Of a stretch of DNA of 64,000 nt, positions 17,628-30,799 are shown in pieces. The notes beneath the pieces were generated by a model, which ran no database searches, had not been told where the DNA came from, and was given only the letters and a program-made list of their open reading frames with translations. The stretch is taken from NCBI GenBank assembly GCA_965231015.1, contig OZ246408.1:793908-857907 (forward strand), written 5' to 3'. Within the stretch, counting starts at the first letter, position 1. The number at the start of each line of letters is the position of its first letter. The DNA comes from an uncultured Gammaproteobacteria bacterium. Lineage in GTDB: Bacteria > Patescibacteriota > Patescibacteriia > UBA9934 > CAZDDW01. Position numbers and translations under genes: made by a program.

Positions 17628-18049
17628 ATTTTTACTTTGGACAATATTACTTCCTGCAGAGCGAACATCTCTTCGGCTTCCTTTTTCTTAACATGATCAT
17701 AACCCATTAAATGCAGTACTCCGTGAACCAACAAGCGTAACACCTCTTCTCGAGCCCGCACACCCTGTTTTTTTGCCTGTTGTTGGGCAATCGGGTAGCA
17801 GATTAGCACCTCTCCAAGCACCCCGTCCTCGGCATGTGTGAATGACAAAACGTCGGTAGGCATATTTTTACCACGGTATGCCTGGTTTATCTTTTTGATT
17901 TCCGGCTTTGTTAAAAATGCTACAGATACCTGCCAATCATCGCTTTTGGGAAATAAATGCATTAAAATCCGACTAACCGAATTAAAGGAGCTTTTTGGTA
18001 CTCGTGCTCCTCCGCGGAGCTTTCCGTAATTCACATCAAACCTGATCAT
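17624..18049 (-). CDS. ybeY: rRNA maturation RNase YbeY
   Basis: PTDVLSF, HGVLHLMGYDH. Confidence 0.96.
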   Translation of the reverse strand: MIRFDVNYGKLRGGARVPKSSFNSVSRILMHLFPKSDDWQVSVAFLTKPEIKKINQAYRGKNMPTDVLSFTHAEDGVLGEVLICYPIAQQQAKKQGVRAREEVLRLLVHGVLHLMGYDHVKKKEAEEMFALQEVILSKVKI

Positions 18050-19095
18050 TACCTTATCACCATACTATTTAACATCATCTGAAAAGTTTGCAAATAATCA
18101 ACCGTGGTTTTATTACCAACGTTGTAGCTGATGATAAAAACCCGATCTCCATCATCAAGATAAGCGGTCAGCCTGTCCGGACTCATAATTCCGGACAACC
18201 CTTCTTTTGTTTCCACCATTAACAAATCGTCTACACTAGCCTGTAAGTCCTGGGCTAAAAACCAGTCTGTAATAGAGGTCTCTGTTGATTTGGCATTCAT
18301 TAAAACCTGGATTATCTCTCCTGATTCAGCCGTAAATACTACTTGCTCGGTGGGTCCGCCAATCGCACGCACGTTCCAAAGCGATGGATATGTCAGGGTA
18401 TAACTAAACGAAGCCTCATCAAACAAACGCACCAGTCCGGATTCAACCAGCGATGCCGGAGCGGTTCCGTTCGGGTTGTACCGATGAAAGACCTCGTTTC
18501 CGTCCAAGAAACCGTCTTCATCACTGTCCGGTAGGTTGGCCTTAGTTCCATACAACGTTTCCTCCACGTCAGTTAGTCCATCCGAATCTGAATCTGTTCC
18601 GGGAATTAAATCTTCAGCAAATGGACTGACTTGTTCATCCTCATCTTCAATCTCTTCAGGTTCATCCTCGTCCTCGATGTCAGAATCTTCATCATCAGCG
18701 GTTATATCATCAGTTACCGGGGGTTCATCGTCAGGTATTTCAATTTCCGGAACCGATTCTGGCTGTTGTAGGGTGTTTAAAACTATCAAAGCCGCGGCCA
18801 CAAACAAGGCAATCACAATTATCCCTATCACCACCAGCTTGACCGGGAAGCCTTTTTTCTTGGAAGGCTTGGAAGGCTTGGAAGGCTGAGAGGGCTTTGA
18901 AGGCTCTGGAGCTTTCGCAGCGGGAGGTGGCACCGGCTTTGGTTTTGCCGGCTCTTTTGGTTCAGTTCGTTTTACCGGCGTCTCATTGAGGGCAGTTCGT
19001 CGATACTTCTCTGGCATAGCCTGAATCAAGGGCTCGTTTTCTTTGGCCTTGTTTCCTGCTGGCTGTTCGATTTTTGTTTGGTCAGCCTTTGCCAT
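18049..19095 (-). CDS. single-pass membrane protein with Pro/Lys N-terminus, TSP3-like Ca-binding repeats and PsbP-like C-terminal domain
   Basis: PSK repeats, TM, DSDSDGLTDVEE and DSDEDGFLDGNE, YNPNG, YTLTYPSLW. Confidence 0.8.
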   Translation of the reverse strand: MAKADQTKIEQPAGNKAKENEPLIQAMPEKYRRTALNETPVKRTEPKEPAKPKPVPPPAAKAPEPSKPSQPSKPSKPSKKKGFPVKLVVIGIIVIALFVAAALIVLNTLQQPESVPEIEIPDDEPPVTDDITADDEDSDIEDEDEPEEIEDEDEQVSPFAEDLIPGTDSDSDGLTDVEETLYGTKANLPDSDEDGFLDGNEVFHRYNPNGTAPASLVESGLVRLFDEASFSYTLTYPSLWNVRAIGGPTEQVVFTAESGEIIQVLMNAKSTETSITDWFLAQDLQASVDDLLMVETKEGLSGIMSPDRLTAYLDDGDRVFIISYNVGNKTTVDYLQTFQMMLNSMVIR

Positions 19096-19097
19096 AA

Positions 19098-19787
19098 TTA
19101 TTCAGTTGTGGGCAAATCAGTTAATTTTCCTGATCCATTCGGATCATAACCGTTGGACACCTCATCACCATCAAGATACGTATCTCCGTCCGTGTCAGGA
19201 TCAAGCGGATCTGTCTTCCACGTTTTTACCTCCTCATAATCACTTAACCCGTCAGCATCAGTATCACTAATGCGCGGACTAGTTCCATATTCTCCGGTCT
19301 CTTGAACATCACTTAATCCGTCACGGTCGGTATCAAATGAGTCTGACGGTTCTGGGGCTGGCTCTGGAACTTCTTCTTCCTCCTCTTCCACCACTACATC
19401 ATCATCCATCATGGTGTCTTCTTCCATAATTTCATTTGGATCCACTTGAATATCATCTGCTGGAGCACGGTTCAAAAGAAAATATGAAATCAGCCCGGCC
19501 GCCACAATTACTAAAACCACTATAACCACAATTAAAATGATCTTTAAGGTACGCCCTGTACCCTTGAGCGCGGAAGGTGGGGCTGATTTTGCTTCAGTCA
19601 ACGGTGGAGTCTGCATGGGTGTTGCCGGAGCCCCGGGTGATGGTTTGGGTTTTTCCGAACTCATGGCCGGCATAGGACCACTCGTTGGAGCCTCAGGTCG
19701 CGGTGGCGGAGTCGGGGCTTCACCCCCCTTGTCCGTGTCCGCAAAAATATCTTCAGGCTCATTCTTTTTTTTCACGTCATCAAACAT
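19098..19787 (-). CDS. single-pass membrane protein with 3 TSP3-like repeats
   Basis: Pro-rich N-terminus, TM, DTDxDGLSDxxE repeats, NGYDPNGSG end. Confidence 0.82.
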   Translation of the reverse strand: MFDDVKKKNEPEDIFADTDKGGEAPTPPPRPEAPTSGPMPAMSSEKPKPSPGAPATPMQTPPLTEAKSAPPSALKGTGRTLKIILIVVIVVLVIVAAGLISYFLLNRAPADDIQVDPNEIMEEDTMMDDDVVVEEEEEEVPEPAPEPSDSFDTDRDGLSDVQETGEYGTSPRISDTDADGLSDYEEVKTWKTDPLDPDTDGDTYLDGDEVSNGYDPNGSGKLTDLPTTE

Positions 19788-19818
19788 AAAAAATATTCAA
19801 TTTACATTTTTACAATTT

Positions 19819-20808
19819 TCAATTTAAGGTACCTGAACCGACCGGGTCATATCCAGAGTTAACCTCATCACCGTCCGCATATCCATCCCCGTCTGTATCT
19901 ACGACAAGCGGAGAACTGCCATATACTTCTACCTCTTCCCCGTCAGTCAAGCCGTCACCATCGGTATCCGGATTGAACGGATCTGTATCAAGATCCAATT
20001 CTTCCCCATCCATTAAACCGTCTCCGTCAAGATCAGGATTAGTATCGTCCATGCCAAGTTCAGCCTCCCGGTCACTACTAACCCCGTCTAAATCAAGATC
20101 AGCTGGACCCACGCGATCGTAACAACCCTCAATCAATTCTTCCGGTAAAACATCACACAAACTTGGGTCACGCACCGTGATAGCGTTTTGGATCGTGATT
20201 TCAGCTTTGCAATAACTTTCATTGACACCGTTCTCTGCACACGTTCCTGCGCGCATGATGGTTGGTAAAATTTGAGCCTGGCAAGAGGCCACCCATTCCG
20301 GATCAGTTAATTCTTCCTCACACCGGGCGTAATCTTTTTCTGCCACAATAAGTGGTAATAAAATGTGATCATAACAGGCCTCACGAGTTTCTTTATCAGT
20401 AATTGCATCGCAGTCTTCCGGATTACCCTTTTCCCGAGCCACCGTTTCCACACAGGCCACAAATGATTCTCCTTCTAGCATTTCACACACAGCGAGTGCC
20501 GAGGTCTTGGAAGCCTCCCGAGTAATAGTTCGCGCCTCACAAGCGGCCGGATCTTTTGCTTCAGCACATTCAGACAACTGACCGGCTAATCGTTTTTCAG
20601 TTTCTATTAAAGTTTGTTCATTCATCTGTCGCTCGTCAATATTGTGCGAGATGTTTCGTACAATAACCACTGCCACAATGATAATAATGACAGCCAAAAG
20701 AACCGAGCCGATGATAATAGCAATGGTTCGAACCGAAAGACCTCCGGATGGTTCCTGTCCTTCACCTTCCGGAACATACTCGTAAAGTTGTGGTTCTTGT
20801 TCAGCCAT
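19819..20808 (-). CDS. single-pass membrane protein with Cys-pair helical repeats and 4 TSP3-like repeats
   Basis: TM, repeated C-x(8-11)-C units, DxDGDGLxDGEE, SGYDPVGSG end. Confidence 0.82.
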   Translation of the reverse strand: MAEQEPQLYEYVPEGEGQEPSGGLSVRTIAIIIGSVLLAVIIIIVAVVIVRNISHNIDERQMNEQTLIETEKRLAGQLSECAEAKDPAACEARTITREASKTSALAVCEMLEGESFVACVETVAREKGNPEDCDAITDKETREACYDHILLPLIVAEKDYARCEEELTDPEWVASCQAQILPTIMRAGTCAENGVNESYCKAEITIQNAITVRDPSLCDVLPEELIEGCYDRVGPADLDLDGVSSDREAELGMDDTNPDLDGDGLMDGEELDLDTDPFNPDTDGDGLTDGEEVEVYGSSPLVVDTDGDGYADGDEVNSGYDPVGSGTLN

Positions 20809-20811
20809 ACT

Positions 20812-23800
20812 TTAGAACGGACAGTAATTCATTTCAATATTTGTTAGATTCACGGTTCCCGTGCCTGGGAAACTAATTCTAAACGGCACAGTAAACTCTT
20901 CGTCTGATTCCGGACACTCGAAACCGATTGGGAATAGCAACGGCTGACTATTCCCTTCGTTCATAGTTCCGCTTGAAGTTCCGGCATCAGTGGTATAAGT
21001 GATATGTTTTCCAATAATGGATTCCACAATAGCCTCGTACATATCACGTAAATCTTCGGCGGTTTCACTTGAATAAGCATATTCGATTCCATTGTTTGAA
21101 GGTGAACAATTATCCGCATCAGAAATATCATCCGGTTCATCTCCTGAACAAACATCCGGCATAATTCCGGCTCGTTCACAAACATCACTCGACCAGTGGG
21201 CCATATAACCCTTAAGACTGCTTGATCCGGTCAGGGCAGCAGTATACAAATCCAAAGTTCCGGTTTGCCCCTCACAATCGCGTTTCAAACGCCGAGCCCA
21301 TTCGTCTACCGTGTTTTCACCATCTCCGGCTGTCGGGCTACCATCACTTAATAATACCACCACCTGAACCGTGTCTTCCGGAGCCGGATTTTCCAGCTCA
21401 TTATAAACCGCCTCCAGACCCTCTTCCGGGTAAGTGCTTCCGGATGCGCTGTAAGCATTTACTGTATTGATAAGTGAATATTCATCTTCAGAGGTAGACA
21501 AATTATAATCGATATTACCGGTACCAGGGCTACTAAAGCTAGCTAATCCAATTTCAATGGTTCCATCTTCAAAGGAATCAAACAGTTCTCCAATAGCATC
21601 AATGGTCGCTTCTTTAGCAACATCGAGCCTAGAATCTGAACCATCGAGTAATTCATTCATACTGGTTGACAAATCCATAATAAAGAACACTTGAACGTAT
21701 GGTGGAGTGACTCCAGCGAATGACACATCTGCAGTTAAACTGGATCCAACCCGACAGGCTGGGAAGTACATTAAAGCGGTGTCAGGTGAATCACCGGAGC
21801 CGAAACTATACAGGTCAACTGAATCTGTTTTTAGTGAACCCTCTTCTTCGGCCTCAACCTGGACGGACACACTGGAGAGTGAAAACGGACAACCGGACGA
21901 ACAGTTATCATTACACTCAGGAGCTACACAGGTACCAAGAGAAGTGGTCGGGGGAAACGAGAACGGATTCTGTCCACAATTATCATCGTAGTCGGCAATT
22001 CCAGCGTTGACATCACACGGAACTCCGTTGAAATCTTTTAACTCATCATCAATTGTTCTGTACCCACCATTACAATAACCGGCCGGAGCACACTCGTATA
22101 CTTTATCAGCTATTCCATCCCCATCGTCATCACACAAATCATTGTTATCACACAAATCCTGACAATCTAGAAAACTGTCACAGGCGCCGGAAATATCTCG
22201 CCGGTCAGGGTCTTCATCTTTTAAAATACAATAATTGATTGGCATATCCGTGCCATCACAAAACTCACTTCCGTTAACCTGATCGTCACCACAGTAACCA
22301 CCGCTCATGGTTTGGTACTGACAACTGGCCGTACAGTAGTTACAGCTTCCGCCGTACGGCGCTTCACACGGCACGGCGTTCCCGGCACCCCAGTCACAGG
22401 CTTCAATTCCATCATAACGCTTACCGTCTCCACAAACATTAAACAAGCAGGAAGTAGTGCACTCATCATTGTTATCATCATTTCCATCATCACACTCCTC
22501 TGTTCCTTCTGTTACCCCGTTTCCACAATACCCAGTTCCAATACAGCTCTCACCACCAATTTCGTCCCAACCACCCACAAAATGGCTTGAGTCAGCCTCT
22601 GGCCAAAAACAACCTGTACCAGCAGCGATGTCAGAGTCACACACACGGGTACGCATAGTTTCAAATTCAAAAGTTGAGCATGTGCCATTGGCACATTCTC
22701 CGTCCGTCTGACACGGCTTACCAATTTCGTCTCCGGTATCACACAACTGTGAAGATTCACAGGCTTCATAACCACTGACATTACCACACGTTCCACCCTC
22801 ACAATCATCATCAATTTCACATGGCTCTCCCTCAAGTGACCCTGACGAACAAATCGCGCCGTCCCAAGTCTCTGACTCACCATCACACTCTTCTGATCCG
22901 TTTACTACTCCATCGCCACAGCTTGGTGGATCTCCGGCACAATTAAAGGCACAGCCCTCATCTGGGTCGTATGAATAAATTCCGTTTACGTACTGACAAC
23001 TATTGGCCACGGCCCAAGCACCACTCGTACGAAAATCTTCGTTGTAACCACAGTCACACACTTCACTTCCGGCCAAAGTTCCGTCTCCACAAAAAATTGC
23101 TCCATCAACGTCACAGTCGAGTCCACAATATCCGTACTGACCATTGAAAGCTCCATCATCACACTCTTCTCCATCATCAACAACTCCGTTTCCACAAAGG
23201 TATGGAGTACAAGACGAAGCAGAGTCAGCCGCTTCTTGATATGCGGAACAGTCTGCACTACCACTTACAGCACAGTTTCCACTGTAACAACAAGTGACGG
23301 TTTTTTGACCTTCTATATATGTACAGGTTCCTCCTCCGCAATCAATTGAGTCATTACACGGGTCACCGTTTGAACAAACCCCACTGGCACACTCACCATC
23401 TGCTCCACAGGTGGCAACTACGTCTCCGGCCGGATCACAAACGGTTCCATAATAACTTGATTCAACATCATTAAAACAGATATATACTTCACCCGGATCA
23501 CAATCCACGGTTTGTGTGTCTCCAATTTCACAGGTCTCATTTTCACCCACCACTCCATCGCCACACTCTTCGGAAAGACCAAGTTCGGTTCCATCACAGA
23601 AAAGAGAAGTAGTAAATCCATCCGGATTAGATTCAGACGCATTACCAACGGTAATTTCAGCCCAATCTGTGGTGTCCTGGTCTAGATCATAAGCCCAAGG
23701 AGCGCCATTATATTCTAAATCAACAAACAACTCGTAAGCTTCCCCGGCTATGGAGCGGAAGCCATAGACATGTGAGCCTTCATTGCAAACAAACTGCGAA

Positions 23801-26800
23801 GCGTCCCCGTTCCAACAACTGGTTTCATCATAGCCCTCCGGACAATCGGCTAAATTATTAAGTGGGTCCGTTGGCAAAGCGGCACCCAAATTATTTCCCA
23901 GCTGAGCCTGCCAACTTGGCCAAGCACTATAACTGCGGGAACGTAAAAAACTTCCCACTTGCAATTCCGGTACGGTCTGCACACAAGTTTCACCCCCCGG
24001 ACAGTTATCGTCCACAAAACAGGCCATGGTTTTTGTCACTGAACAACGGCTATTGGTGCTACCGTAGGTATCAATCTGTCCGTACATGCTGCGCAAATCT
24101 GACAAGCGTATAGTGTCACGCTGCAACATTTGTTTTTGTGCTCCACAAACCGCATCGGCTCCGTACTCAAAACACTCGGCGTCATAACTACATTCAGCTA
24201 ACTGTAAACCGTCCGTAGCATTATCAGTATCGATCGGGTTTGCGTAGGCGTCGGTTTCATAACAAAACTCATCATCAAGCAAAACATCATTGGCATTGAA
24301 TGCCCAGCTATCAAGCACTTGCTCAAACACTTCCAAAGTTTCATCCTCTGCCCCTTCATTGTAGGCAATGGCATAAATATTAGAGTAAATGTCCCCGGTC
24401 TGATTGGCCGCATTAACATAAACCGTACGACCGTCCTGAACCGCTTCGTAACCATCCACATCATCGGTTGAAGAATAAGATCCGTCAAAGTTGGCATCGT
24501 ACCAATCACCTGGCGAGTAATAATCCTCGTTGCCAGCAATCCTGACACCAACCGCATCGGTGTAATCATCCCCATCAATCATAAACAGTAACTCACGGAA
24601 TACTCCGGAAGTGGTTTGTGGATTTGGTGCCTCGACCACCCTCATGTTTGGTAGATCATCGCTCGTATCAGCCGCGTCTCCGGCGTCCCGACAATAATAG
24701 AAAGAGAAATTAGAATATGGGAACGGACTGCCAAGATCGGTTCGTACGGACGGACCAAAATCTCCAAGCCCCAGACCCTCAAAGGCGGTATCATATTCTT
24801 CAGTATCAGAAAAAGGGAACGTGCCCACTTGTGGCCATGGATTTTCACACAAGAAGACCATCTCTTCAACCGAACCACTGATTACCTCTCCGGTAGTGCT
24901 TGGATCGTTAAACGAGTCGGATGTCACTGTAGCAGAAGCCACAATATCCTCTTCACCGTTTTTAGATTCAGCAACCGCGTCATTGAGGTCAGTTGTCGCG
25001 GCCGGGTCAGATAAATTTAAAACTGATCCATCTCCGGTTATACCCCAGCTCCAGGTCCAATCATAATAACCGGCAATTGGCGTAATTTCTTCCCGAACGT
25101 TATTACGGATTGTATATGCCGCAGCTTCGAGGTCATGACTTTCAGCCGCTTCAGTAAAGAGTCCTGGACTTGAAGACTTGTCTTCCACTAACACGTCTTC
25201 AAGCTCACAAACCTCAGTTCCGGTCTTGAAACTTGAAGCTAAAAGTTGATTTGCCTCAAAACCATAAAGAGCGTCAGTGATAGTCGGTCGGATAGTGATG
25301 CCGTACTGTGTGGTTACTCCAATGTTGTAAGCAGCCTCGGTATTATCATCCTGCAAATCCTGATCACCTACCACCACCAACCGGTACAAAGAATTCTCTT
25401 CAAGTGGTTGTGAGTAGGTAAAAGTGACCTCGGTACTGCTTTCAGATAAATCATTAGACAGGGTGCCCTCCATGTAACAGACAACGGGATCCTGGGCATA
25501 CACCTCGCGACCGAACAAGCCAGCCACCTTATTAGCCACAAAACGCCAAGCCCGGACGTACCACGGACGATCACCTTCATGTAAAGCAACCAAACTTTCT
25601 TCATAACCGGACGGACAATCACCGGTTTCAAGATCAGCGTCAGGCTGTGCTTCACCGTCCACCAACACTCCTGAACCAAGATAAATTAAGAAAATGTTGT
25701 CCACGGTTTCATTACCAACCTGGACGCGGAAAGACTCAGTATCCATTAAGGAATCAAACTCAGCACTAACCGAGGCGTTACGACACACGTCTTCCCGAGC
25801 ATCTGGAGCAAAAGTGGCGGTTGGTCGATCAGCACAACAACCACCAAAACCACAACCGATCGTAGTATAAGTCGCGACGCCACAATCAAGATCTTCCTCA
25901 CAAGAACAATTGACACCAACTTCAGCTTCTCCGGTAGCTCCGGTGCCGGTTTGACTGTCCGTTCCTTCAGCTCGCAGATCCGTCATGATTGGATTTTCAT
26001 CCAAGACAACCGACGCTTCGATCGCCCCCTCAGATATTTCAGCCACCTGGAACGGATCAATTAAACCGTCCCCGCCGGCCAAAGCGGCTTCACATTCTTC
26101 ACCTGTTCCATAATTGCCATCACCACAAAAAGATGGAGTTGAGTATTCGTGATTTGATCCCTCAAAAAGACCGTCATCAGAACAACCTTCATCAGCTGGA
26201 TCACACTCACCGCTCTCATTCAAACACCGCGAACTGCAACCATCTCCATTCGTTCCATTTCCATCATCACAGTCTTCCCCGTCCTCCCGAGTGCCGTTAC
26301 CACAGACAGCTGTAATTTCGGTTGCATCAAGCGAACCCTCATTTAAACAAATATTGGAACAACCGTCTCCGGAACTATTATTTCCATCATCACACTCCTC
26401 ACCCCCTATAGCATCATTGTGCAAAATAATTCCGTCTCCACAAACTGTGCCAGCGTAACCTGAACCCTCGTTTGTACAAACACTGGAACATCCGTCTAAA
26501 TCATCATTGTTGCCGTCATCACATTCTTCAAAACCATCCATTGATCCGTTTCCGCAAGTTCCGCCATCAGCCACAGCGGCAGTTCCCTCGGTCGTACAGG
26601 TAGCACTACAACCGTCTCCGTCCAGTGGTAAACCAGGGCCGTCATCACAGTCTTCACCAAATTCTTCTACTCCGTTACCGCAAACCGATACTCCGTAATC
26701 ACTTCCCTCGTTCAAACAAAGGCTGGAACATCCGTCCGGAAGTTCACGAGTGGTATCAAGGTTTGCTGGGGTAAAGAAAGCAATCTCGTAATTGTCTGGA

Positions 26801-29800
26801 ACCGTATTATCAATCTCCCAGTTCCAAGCATAGTCATACGCGTCAAGCCGTTGACCGGATGGTGAACACTCGTCCGGTCCGCCGTAAGCAGTGGCTTCGT
26901 AGGCTTGTTGAGCCCCGATTCGATCCAATACTTCACGTTCAGGATTTACTTCAACACGTTCAATACCACACGGAGCAGAATCGGCTTTAGTTTTAAAAAT
27001 CCACTCTTCATCTCCGGAAAGCCCGGTACCACTAAGACTCAACACCCCTTCTACCTGATCAGTTGTTGATGGATCATCACCGGAAATCCGCACCAAATAG
27101 TAAGTATCTTCTTCCAAATCACTTGGCGGACTCAAAGAGATTGACCAATCCCCGGCGTTGTAATTCAGTGTTCCGCCCACCACTTCCGTAGTTCCCAAAT
27201 TACAAAGCGCGTCGGAACACTCATACAGCCGAACATTGCCGTTGAAGCTGGACGAATCCATATCCAAATTAAAGGTCGCGCCAACCACAGCGTTGACACA
27301 AGCCTCTTCACACTCAGGCCATCGGTCTTCTACCCGAGGATCTTCAAAATTGACCTGAATGTCAGAGCTATCTCGTAAATTTTCATCCGTGATCTCGGCA
27401 GTGAGCTCAACCACATGACCGGGTTCAGTTTCAGATTCTGCCTCAACATTATAGGTATCAAAATCAAGCGAGACTAAATCAATAATGTCATCCCAGTCAG
27501 TGTTACCTGTATGCTCAGCATACCAGGTCCACACATCTCCCGGGGTATACAACACCTGACATCCTCCGGCTCCGATTGCGGAAGCATCAAAGTCGCTGTT
27601 TTCTTCAACGAAGGTGTAACTCTTTTCCGGAGGCAACAATAGCACACTCTCTATTTCACAGTCTGAGGTATCAGTCCTGGTCTGAAACTGCCACTCGTAA
27701 TCCGTTTCTAAGGGTTCTCCATCAGGACTTGTAATGCCTCCGATTCCACCAACGAGCGTCACCTGGTACCAAGTACTTGGATCAAAGACGGTACCGGCCG
27801 GCGATGAAATCCACTGGAAAGTGGTGTCAAACTTATCATCAAATTCTCCGTCAACAGTTTCTAAATCAGAACAAGGATCATCCGGATCCAGCCCGACACA
27901 TTTTTCTACAATGACGGTGCTCGTGGTGATACTTGCAAGCTCCACTCCGGGATCAGTTTCAAAAGAACCCTGCACCATTGAATTTACACAAACTTCCTCA
28001 CCGTTCGGCCAGGCTGTGTATGGCGTTGGGCTAATCCAATCATCAGAACATTCAACAATGAGTTGTGGAGCGTCCGGAATTTCTCCGGTAGAAAAACGCC
28101 AAAGGTATTCTGATTCCGGGATAGTTTCACTTGGACAAGTGGCTCGACACGCTCCATCATCACAACAAGTTTCACCTTGTGCGCACTCCGCTCCCCCATC
28201 AAGACAACTAGCCACTTCAAAATTAATCGTGTTTGAGGCAGTACCACCATTATCATAAAGTGTGACCGGTCCGGTGGTAGCTCCGGAAGGCACTTCTACT
28301 CGAACCTGTTCGCCATCACCTCCCCAATAATCAATGTTGGTTACGGCTACCCCATCATAAAAATCAACCGAGCCCTGCACGCTTCCAAACCGTTCACCAT
28401 AAAGATCAACCAACAGGCCCTCCGGACCGTTAGTCGGATCAATGGCACAAATGCTTGGCCCCGGACTGCCACTTGTTACCGTAAACTCGGCCTCATTACT
28501 TTCAGCACCATCATCACGCTCAATCCAAATTGCGGCTGAGCCTCCATCAGCCCATTCCGGTACCTTCATTATAATATTGTCATCCGCCCACCAATTGCTG
28601 GCACAGGCGTCTGGAAAATCAACATCAGCAACATCTGTTGCTCCGGTGGAATCCCTAAACCAAACAATGCCACCCGGCGGATCGTCGTCAAAATTTTCTC
28701 CGTAAATTGTTACGTATTGTCCAATAGGTCCGGTGTCTCCATAGTCTTCACAGGCACCAAAATTACATGGCGTATCATCACCTATTGTACAACCGGTCAC
28801 TGTTGGATCATTGGAACAATAATTTGGTACGTCCAAAGTACAGGTTCCAGCACAATCACTGTCAGCACTACAAGCTAAATCCGTGTTGTCGGCACAATAA
28901 TCAAGACCGGAATCAACATAACTGATGACCGGAGTCTCTTGTTCCGTCTCTGAGCTAACCGTAAACTGAACCGTGTTTGAACCATTCCCTTCTACAAAAA
29001 CCTGAACCTGATAATTACGAGCTGATACTTGAGGAACCGGGAAGCTAATACTTTCATCATTCCAATTTTGATACTCACTTGGTTCGTATCCGGTATTTCC
29101 GTAAAGAAGGTAAAGATTGTCCTCGGTCGTACCGAAATTTTTACCCGTGGCTACCACAATATCGTCCGGCAAACCACTTTCCGGATTAACGTCACACATA
29201 CTTGGTCGCACAGTACCATCTTCCGTGAAATCAATAATGACTGGGCCACGGTCATAATCATCGGTTCGGTCAGACAAAGGACCGTCAGCTTCAGCCGGCT
29301 CAGTCACAATTATGATCGGCCCGTCAACAAACCCGTTTGGTACCTCTACCACCACCTGAGTGCTGGTCCACGGATCAGCACAGTCAGCCACTAATGCCTG
29401 TACGTCATCATCATCTCCTTCTTCATCACCGTCCCCGTCCGTATCCGCTCCTAAAAACCAAACTTCTCCTTCTGCGTCATTAAAATATTCTCCTGAAATT
29501 GTAATGTAGTTTCCTGAGGTACCCTGGGTTGGTGAAACATAAGTTATTTCCGGATACCCAACACAAGTTCCCTCCTCACAAATTCCACTGGCACAATCAC
29601 CGTTTTCCGTACAAGATTCACCATCACAAGATAGACAATCATCTCCACCACAATCTACTCCGCTTTCGTCTTCGTCCTGCACACCGTTGGTACAGTGAGC
29701 AACCAAAGCGCTCACTGTAATGGAATCCGATAAAGTAGAGCGGCCGGAACAGTCATAGGCACGCGTACTCAAATTGTGTGAACCAAGAGAGGGCTCCGTC

Positions 29801-30798
29801 CAGTTGGCACTGTAGAGATCTGGCTCGCCAAGATTCAAAACCACTCCGTTGTCTTCAAATGAACTGTCAACGTAAAACTTAACCCGGTTGATTCCACCGT
29901 CGTCTGTGGCAATTGATTGCATAAGTGCCAGTTCTCCTACCGGAACTGAACCCCCATCATCCGGGTACGTCATCTCAACGGATGGGTCAGAGGTATCAAT
30001 TAAGTCCCCGGTGGTAAAAGTTGATTGACAGTCTTCACCCGGTGAACCACAGGTAATTAGCTCGCCACCGGTTTCTTTTAGACCGGCTCCGATTTGAACC
30101 GTGTAAGTAGTATTGGCATCAAAACAAAATTCAGCAGGGTCTTCCGGACAAACCGCTGACGGGGTAAACATAACCTCATCATCTTCAGTGTCAAAAGTTC
30201 CATCCACCGGATCACCAAGCGGATCCTGAATCTGGATGTTGCTGGCAATCGTAGAGGTGTCAACAGAATTATTAAATAAAATAGTGACCACTACATTTTT
30301 ATTTGGTAGATCACCGGTAGCACAACCATAACTCTCAATAATAAATTCATCATAAATCGGTGGGTTATCACCCGGATCCCAAGGGTCATCCCCCTCCTCC
30401 CCGGTTCCGGTGCCACCACCTACCGCGTCTACTAAAGAAGAAATAACAAATGTGGTAATGGCCCAGGCAGACATGATGATAACCATGCCAATTACAGCAT
30501 TCACCAACACCTTTTTAGCTTTACTGATTTTTTCCGCCTGACCACCTGAAGTCATCCACAAAAATCCGCCATAAATAATTAGGCCAAGCAAAACCACGCC
30601 GGCAAAACTGAGAGCGGTACGGATGAGTCGCGCCACTACAACCCGAATGTCAGCCTGAGCGAACCCGGCCTGTTCGGCAAACTGCTGAAACGCTGTTTCA
30701 TCAACCGGACCTTGAGCCAAGGCCTCGGTTCCAACAACCAAACCAAAGAGCGTAAGCCCGATGATCATGATCCAATAATTTTGGCGGATATATTTCAT
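20812..30798 (-). CDS. giant (3328 aa) surface adhesin: VirB2/TrbC-like pilin domain + Ig-like/IPT domains + Cys-rich (CGDG..E.CDDGN) repeats + pseudopilin-like segment + C-terminal vWA
   Basis: Signal ..EALAQ; [28 protein letters not shown]; IPT-like YITISGEYF and VTIYGENF; CGNGxxExxEDCDDG repeats; MDLSTSM/T/LSDG MIDAS. Confidence 0.88.
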   Translation of the reverse strand: MKYIRQNYWIMIIGLTLFGLVVGTEALAQGPVDETAFQQFAEQAGFAQADIRVVVARLIRTALSFAGVVLLGLIIYGGFLWMTSGGQAEKISKAKKVLVNAVIGMVIIMSAWAITTFVISSLVDAVGGGTGTGEEGDDPWDPGDNPPIYDEFIIESYGCATGDLPNKNVVVTILFNNSVDTSTIASNIQIQDPLGDPVDGTFDTEDDEVMFTPSAVCPEDPAEFCFDANTTYTVQIGAGLKETGGELITCGSPGEDCQSTFTTGDLIDTSDPSVEMTYPDDGGSVPVGELALMQSIATDDGGINRVKFYVDSSFEDNGVVLNLGEPDLYSANWTEPSLGSHNLSTRAYDCSGRSTLSDSITVSALVAHCTNGVQDEDESGVDCGGDDCLSCDGESCTENGDCASGICEEGTCVGYPEITYVSPTQGTSGNYITISGEYFNDAEGEVWFLGADTDGDGDEEGDDDDVQALVADCADPWTSTQVVVEVPNGFVDGPIIIVTEPAEADGPLSDRTDDYDRGPVIIDFTEDGTVRPSMCDVNPESGLPDDIVVATGKNFGTTEDNLYLLYGNTGYEPSEYQNWNDESISFPVPQVSARNYQVQVFVEGNGSNTVQFTVSSETEQETPVISYVDSGLDYCADNTDLACSADSDCAGTCTLDVPNYCSNDPTVTGCTIGDDTPCNFGACEDYGDTGPIGQYVTIYGENFDDDPPGGIVWFRDSTGATDVADVDFPDACASNWWADDNIIMKVPEWADGGSAAIWIERDDGAESNEAEFTVTSGSPGPSICAIDPTNGPEGLLVDLYGERFGSVQGSVDFYDGVAVTNIDYWGGDGEQVRVEVPSGATTGPVTLYDNGGTASNTINFEVASCLDGGAECAQGETCCDDGACRATCPSETIPESEYLWRFSTGEIPDAPQLIVECSDDWISPTPYTAWPNGEEVCVNSMVQGSFETDPGVELASITTSTVIVEKCVGLDPDDPCSDLETVDGEFDDKFDTTFQWISSPAGTVFDPSTWYQVTLVGGIGGITSPDGEPLETDYEWQFQTRTDTSDCEIESVLLLPPEKSYTFVEENSDFDASAIGAGGCQVLYTPGDVWTWYAEHTGNTDWDDIIDLVSLDFDTYNVEAESETEPGHVVELTAEITDENLRDSSDIQVNFEDPRVEDRWPECEEACVNAVVGATFNLDMDSSSFNGNVRLYECSDALCNLGTTEVVGGTLNYNAGDWSISLSPPSDLEEDTYYLVRISGDDPSTTDQVEGVLSLSGTGLSGDEEWIFKTKADSAPCGIERVEVNPEREVLDRIGAQQAYEATAYGGPDECSPSGQRLDAYDYAWNWEIDNTVPDNYEIAFFTPANLDTTRELPDGCSSLCLNEGSDYGVSVCGNGVEEFGEDCDDGPGLPLDGDGCSATCTTEGTAAVADGGTCGNGSMDGFEECDDGNNDDLDGCSSVCTNEGSGYAGTVCGDGIILHNDAIGGEECDDGNNSSGDGCSNICLNEGSLDATEITAVCGNGTREDGEDCDDGNGTNGDGCSSRCLNESGECDPADEGCSDDGLFEGSNHEYSTPSFCGDGNYGTGEECEAALAGGDGLIDPFQVAEISEGAIEASVVLDENPIMTDLRAEGTDSQTGTGATGEAEVGVNCSCEEDLDCGVATYTTIGCGFGGCCADRPTATFAPDAREDVCRNASVSAEFDSLMDTESFRVQVGNETVDNIFLIYLGSGVLVDGEAQPDADLETGDCPSGYEESLVALHEGDRPWYVRAWRFVANKVAGLFGREVYAQDPVVCYMEGTLSNDLSESSTEVTFTYSQPLEENSLYRLVVVGDQDLQDDNTEAAYNIGVTTQYGITIRPTITDALYGFEANQLLASSFKTGTEVCELEDVLVEDKSSSPGLFTEAAESHDLEAAAYTIRNNVREEITPIAGYYDWTWSWGITGDGSVLNLSDPAATTDLNDAVAESKNGEEDIVASATVTSDSFNDPSTTGEVISGSVEEMVFLCENPWPQVGTFPFSDTEEYDTAFEGLGLGDFGPSVRTDLGSPFPYSNFSFYYCRDAGDAADTSDDLPNMRVVEAPNPQTTSGVFRELLFMIDGDDYTDAVGVRIAGNEDYYSPGDWYDANFDGSYSSTDDVDGYEAVQDGRTVYVNAANQTGDIYSNIYAIAYNEGAEDETLEVFEQVLDSWAFNANDVLLDDEFCYETDAYANPIDTDNATDGLQLAECSYDAECFEYGADAVCGAQKQMLQRDTIRLSDLRSMYGQIDTYGSTNSRCSVTKTMACFVDDNCPGGETCVQTVPELQVGSFLRSRSYSAWPSWQAQLGNNLGAALPTDPLNNLADCPEGYDETSCWNGDASQFVCNEGSHVYGFRSIAGEAYELFVDLEYNGAPWAYDLDQDTTDWAEITVGNASESNPDGFTTSLFCDGTELGLSEECGDGVVGENETCEIGDTQTVDCDPGEVYICFNDVESSYYGTVCDPAGDVVATCGADGECASGVCSNGDPCNDSIDCGGGTCTYIEGQKTVTCCYSGNCAVSGSADCSAYQEAADSASSCTPYLCGNGVVDDGEECDDGAFNGQYGYCGLDCDVDGAIFCGDGTLAGSEVCDCGYNEDFRTSGAWAVANSCQYVNGIYSYDPDEGCAFNCAGDPPSCGDGVVNGSEECDGESETWDGAICSSGSLEGEPCEIDDDCEGGTCGNVSGYEACESSQLCDTGDEIGKPCQTDGECANGTCSTFEFETMRTRVCDSDIAAGTGCFWPEADSSHFVGGWDEIGGESCIGTGYCGNGVTEGTEECDDGNDDNNDECTTSCLFNVCGDGKRYDGIEACDWGAGNAVPCEAPYGGSCNYCTASCQYQTMSGGYCGDDQVNGSEFCDGTDMPINYCILKDEDPDRRDISGACDSFLDCQDLCDNNDLCDDDGDGIADKVYECAPAGYCNGGYRTIDDELKDFNGVPCDVNAGIADYDDNCGQNPFSFPPTTSLGTCVAPECNDNCSSGCPFSLSSVSVQVEAEEEGSLKTDSVDLYSFGSGDSPDTALMYFPACRVGSSLTADVSFAGVTPPYVQVFFIMDLSTSMNELLDGSDSRLDVAKEATIDAIGELFDSFEDGTIEIGLASFSSPGTGNIDYNLSTSEDEYSLINTVNAYSASGSTYPEEGLEAVYNELENPAPEDTVQVVVLLSDGSPTAGDGENTVDEWARRLKRDCEGQTGTLDLYTAALTGSSSLKGYMAHWSSDVCERAGIMPDVCSGDEPDDISDADNCSPSNNGIEYAYSSETAEDLRDMYEAIVESIIGKHITYTTDAGTSSGTMNEGNSQPLLFPIGFECPESDEEFTVPFRISFPGTGTVNLTNIEMNYCPF

Positions 30799-30799
30799 T

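Noticed and set aside
18860-18905. 9-nt tandem repeat TTGGAAGGC
   Set aside because: Encodes the in-frame PSK linker, so not a phase-variable tract
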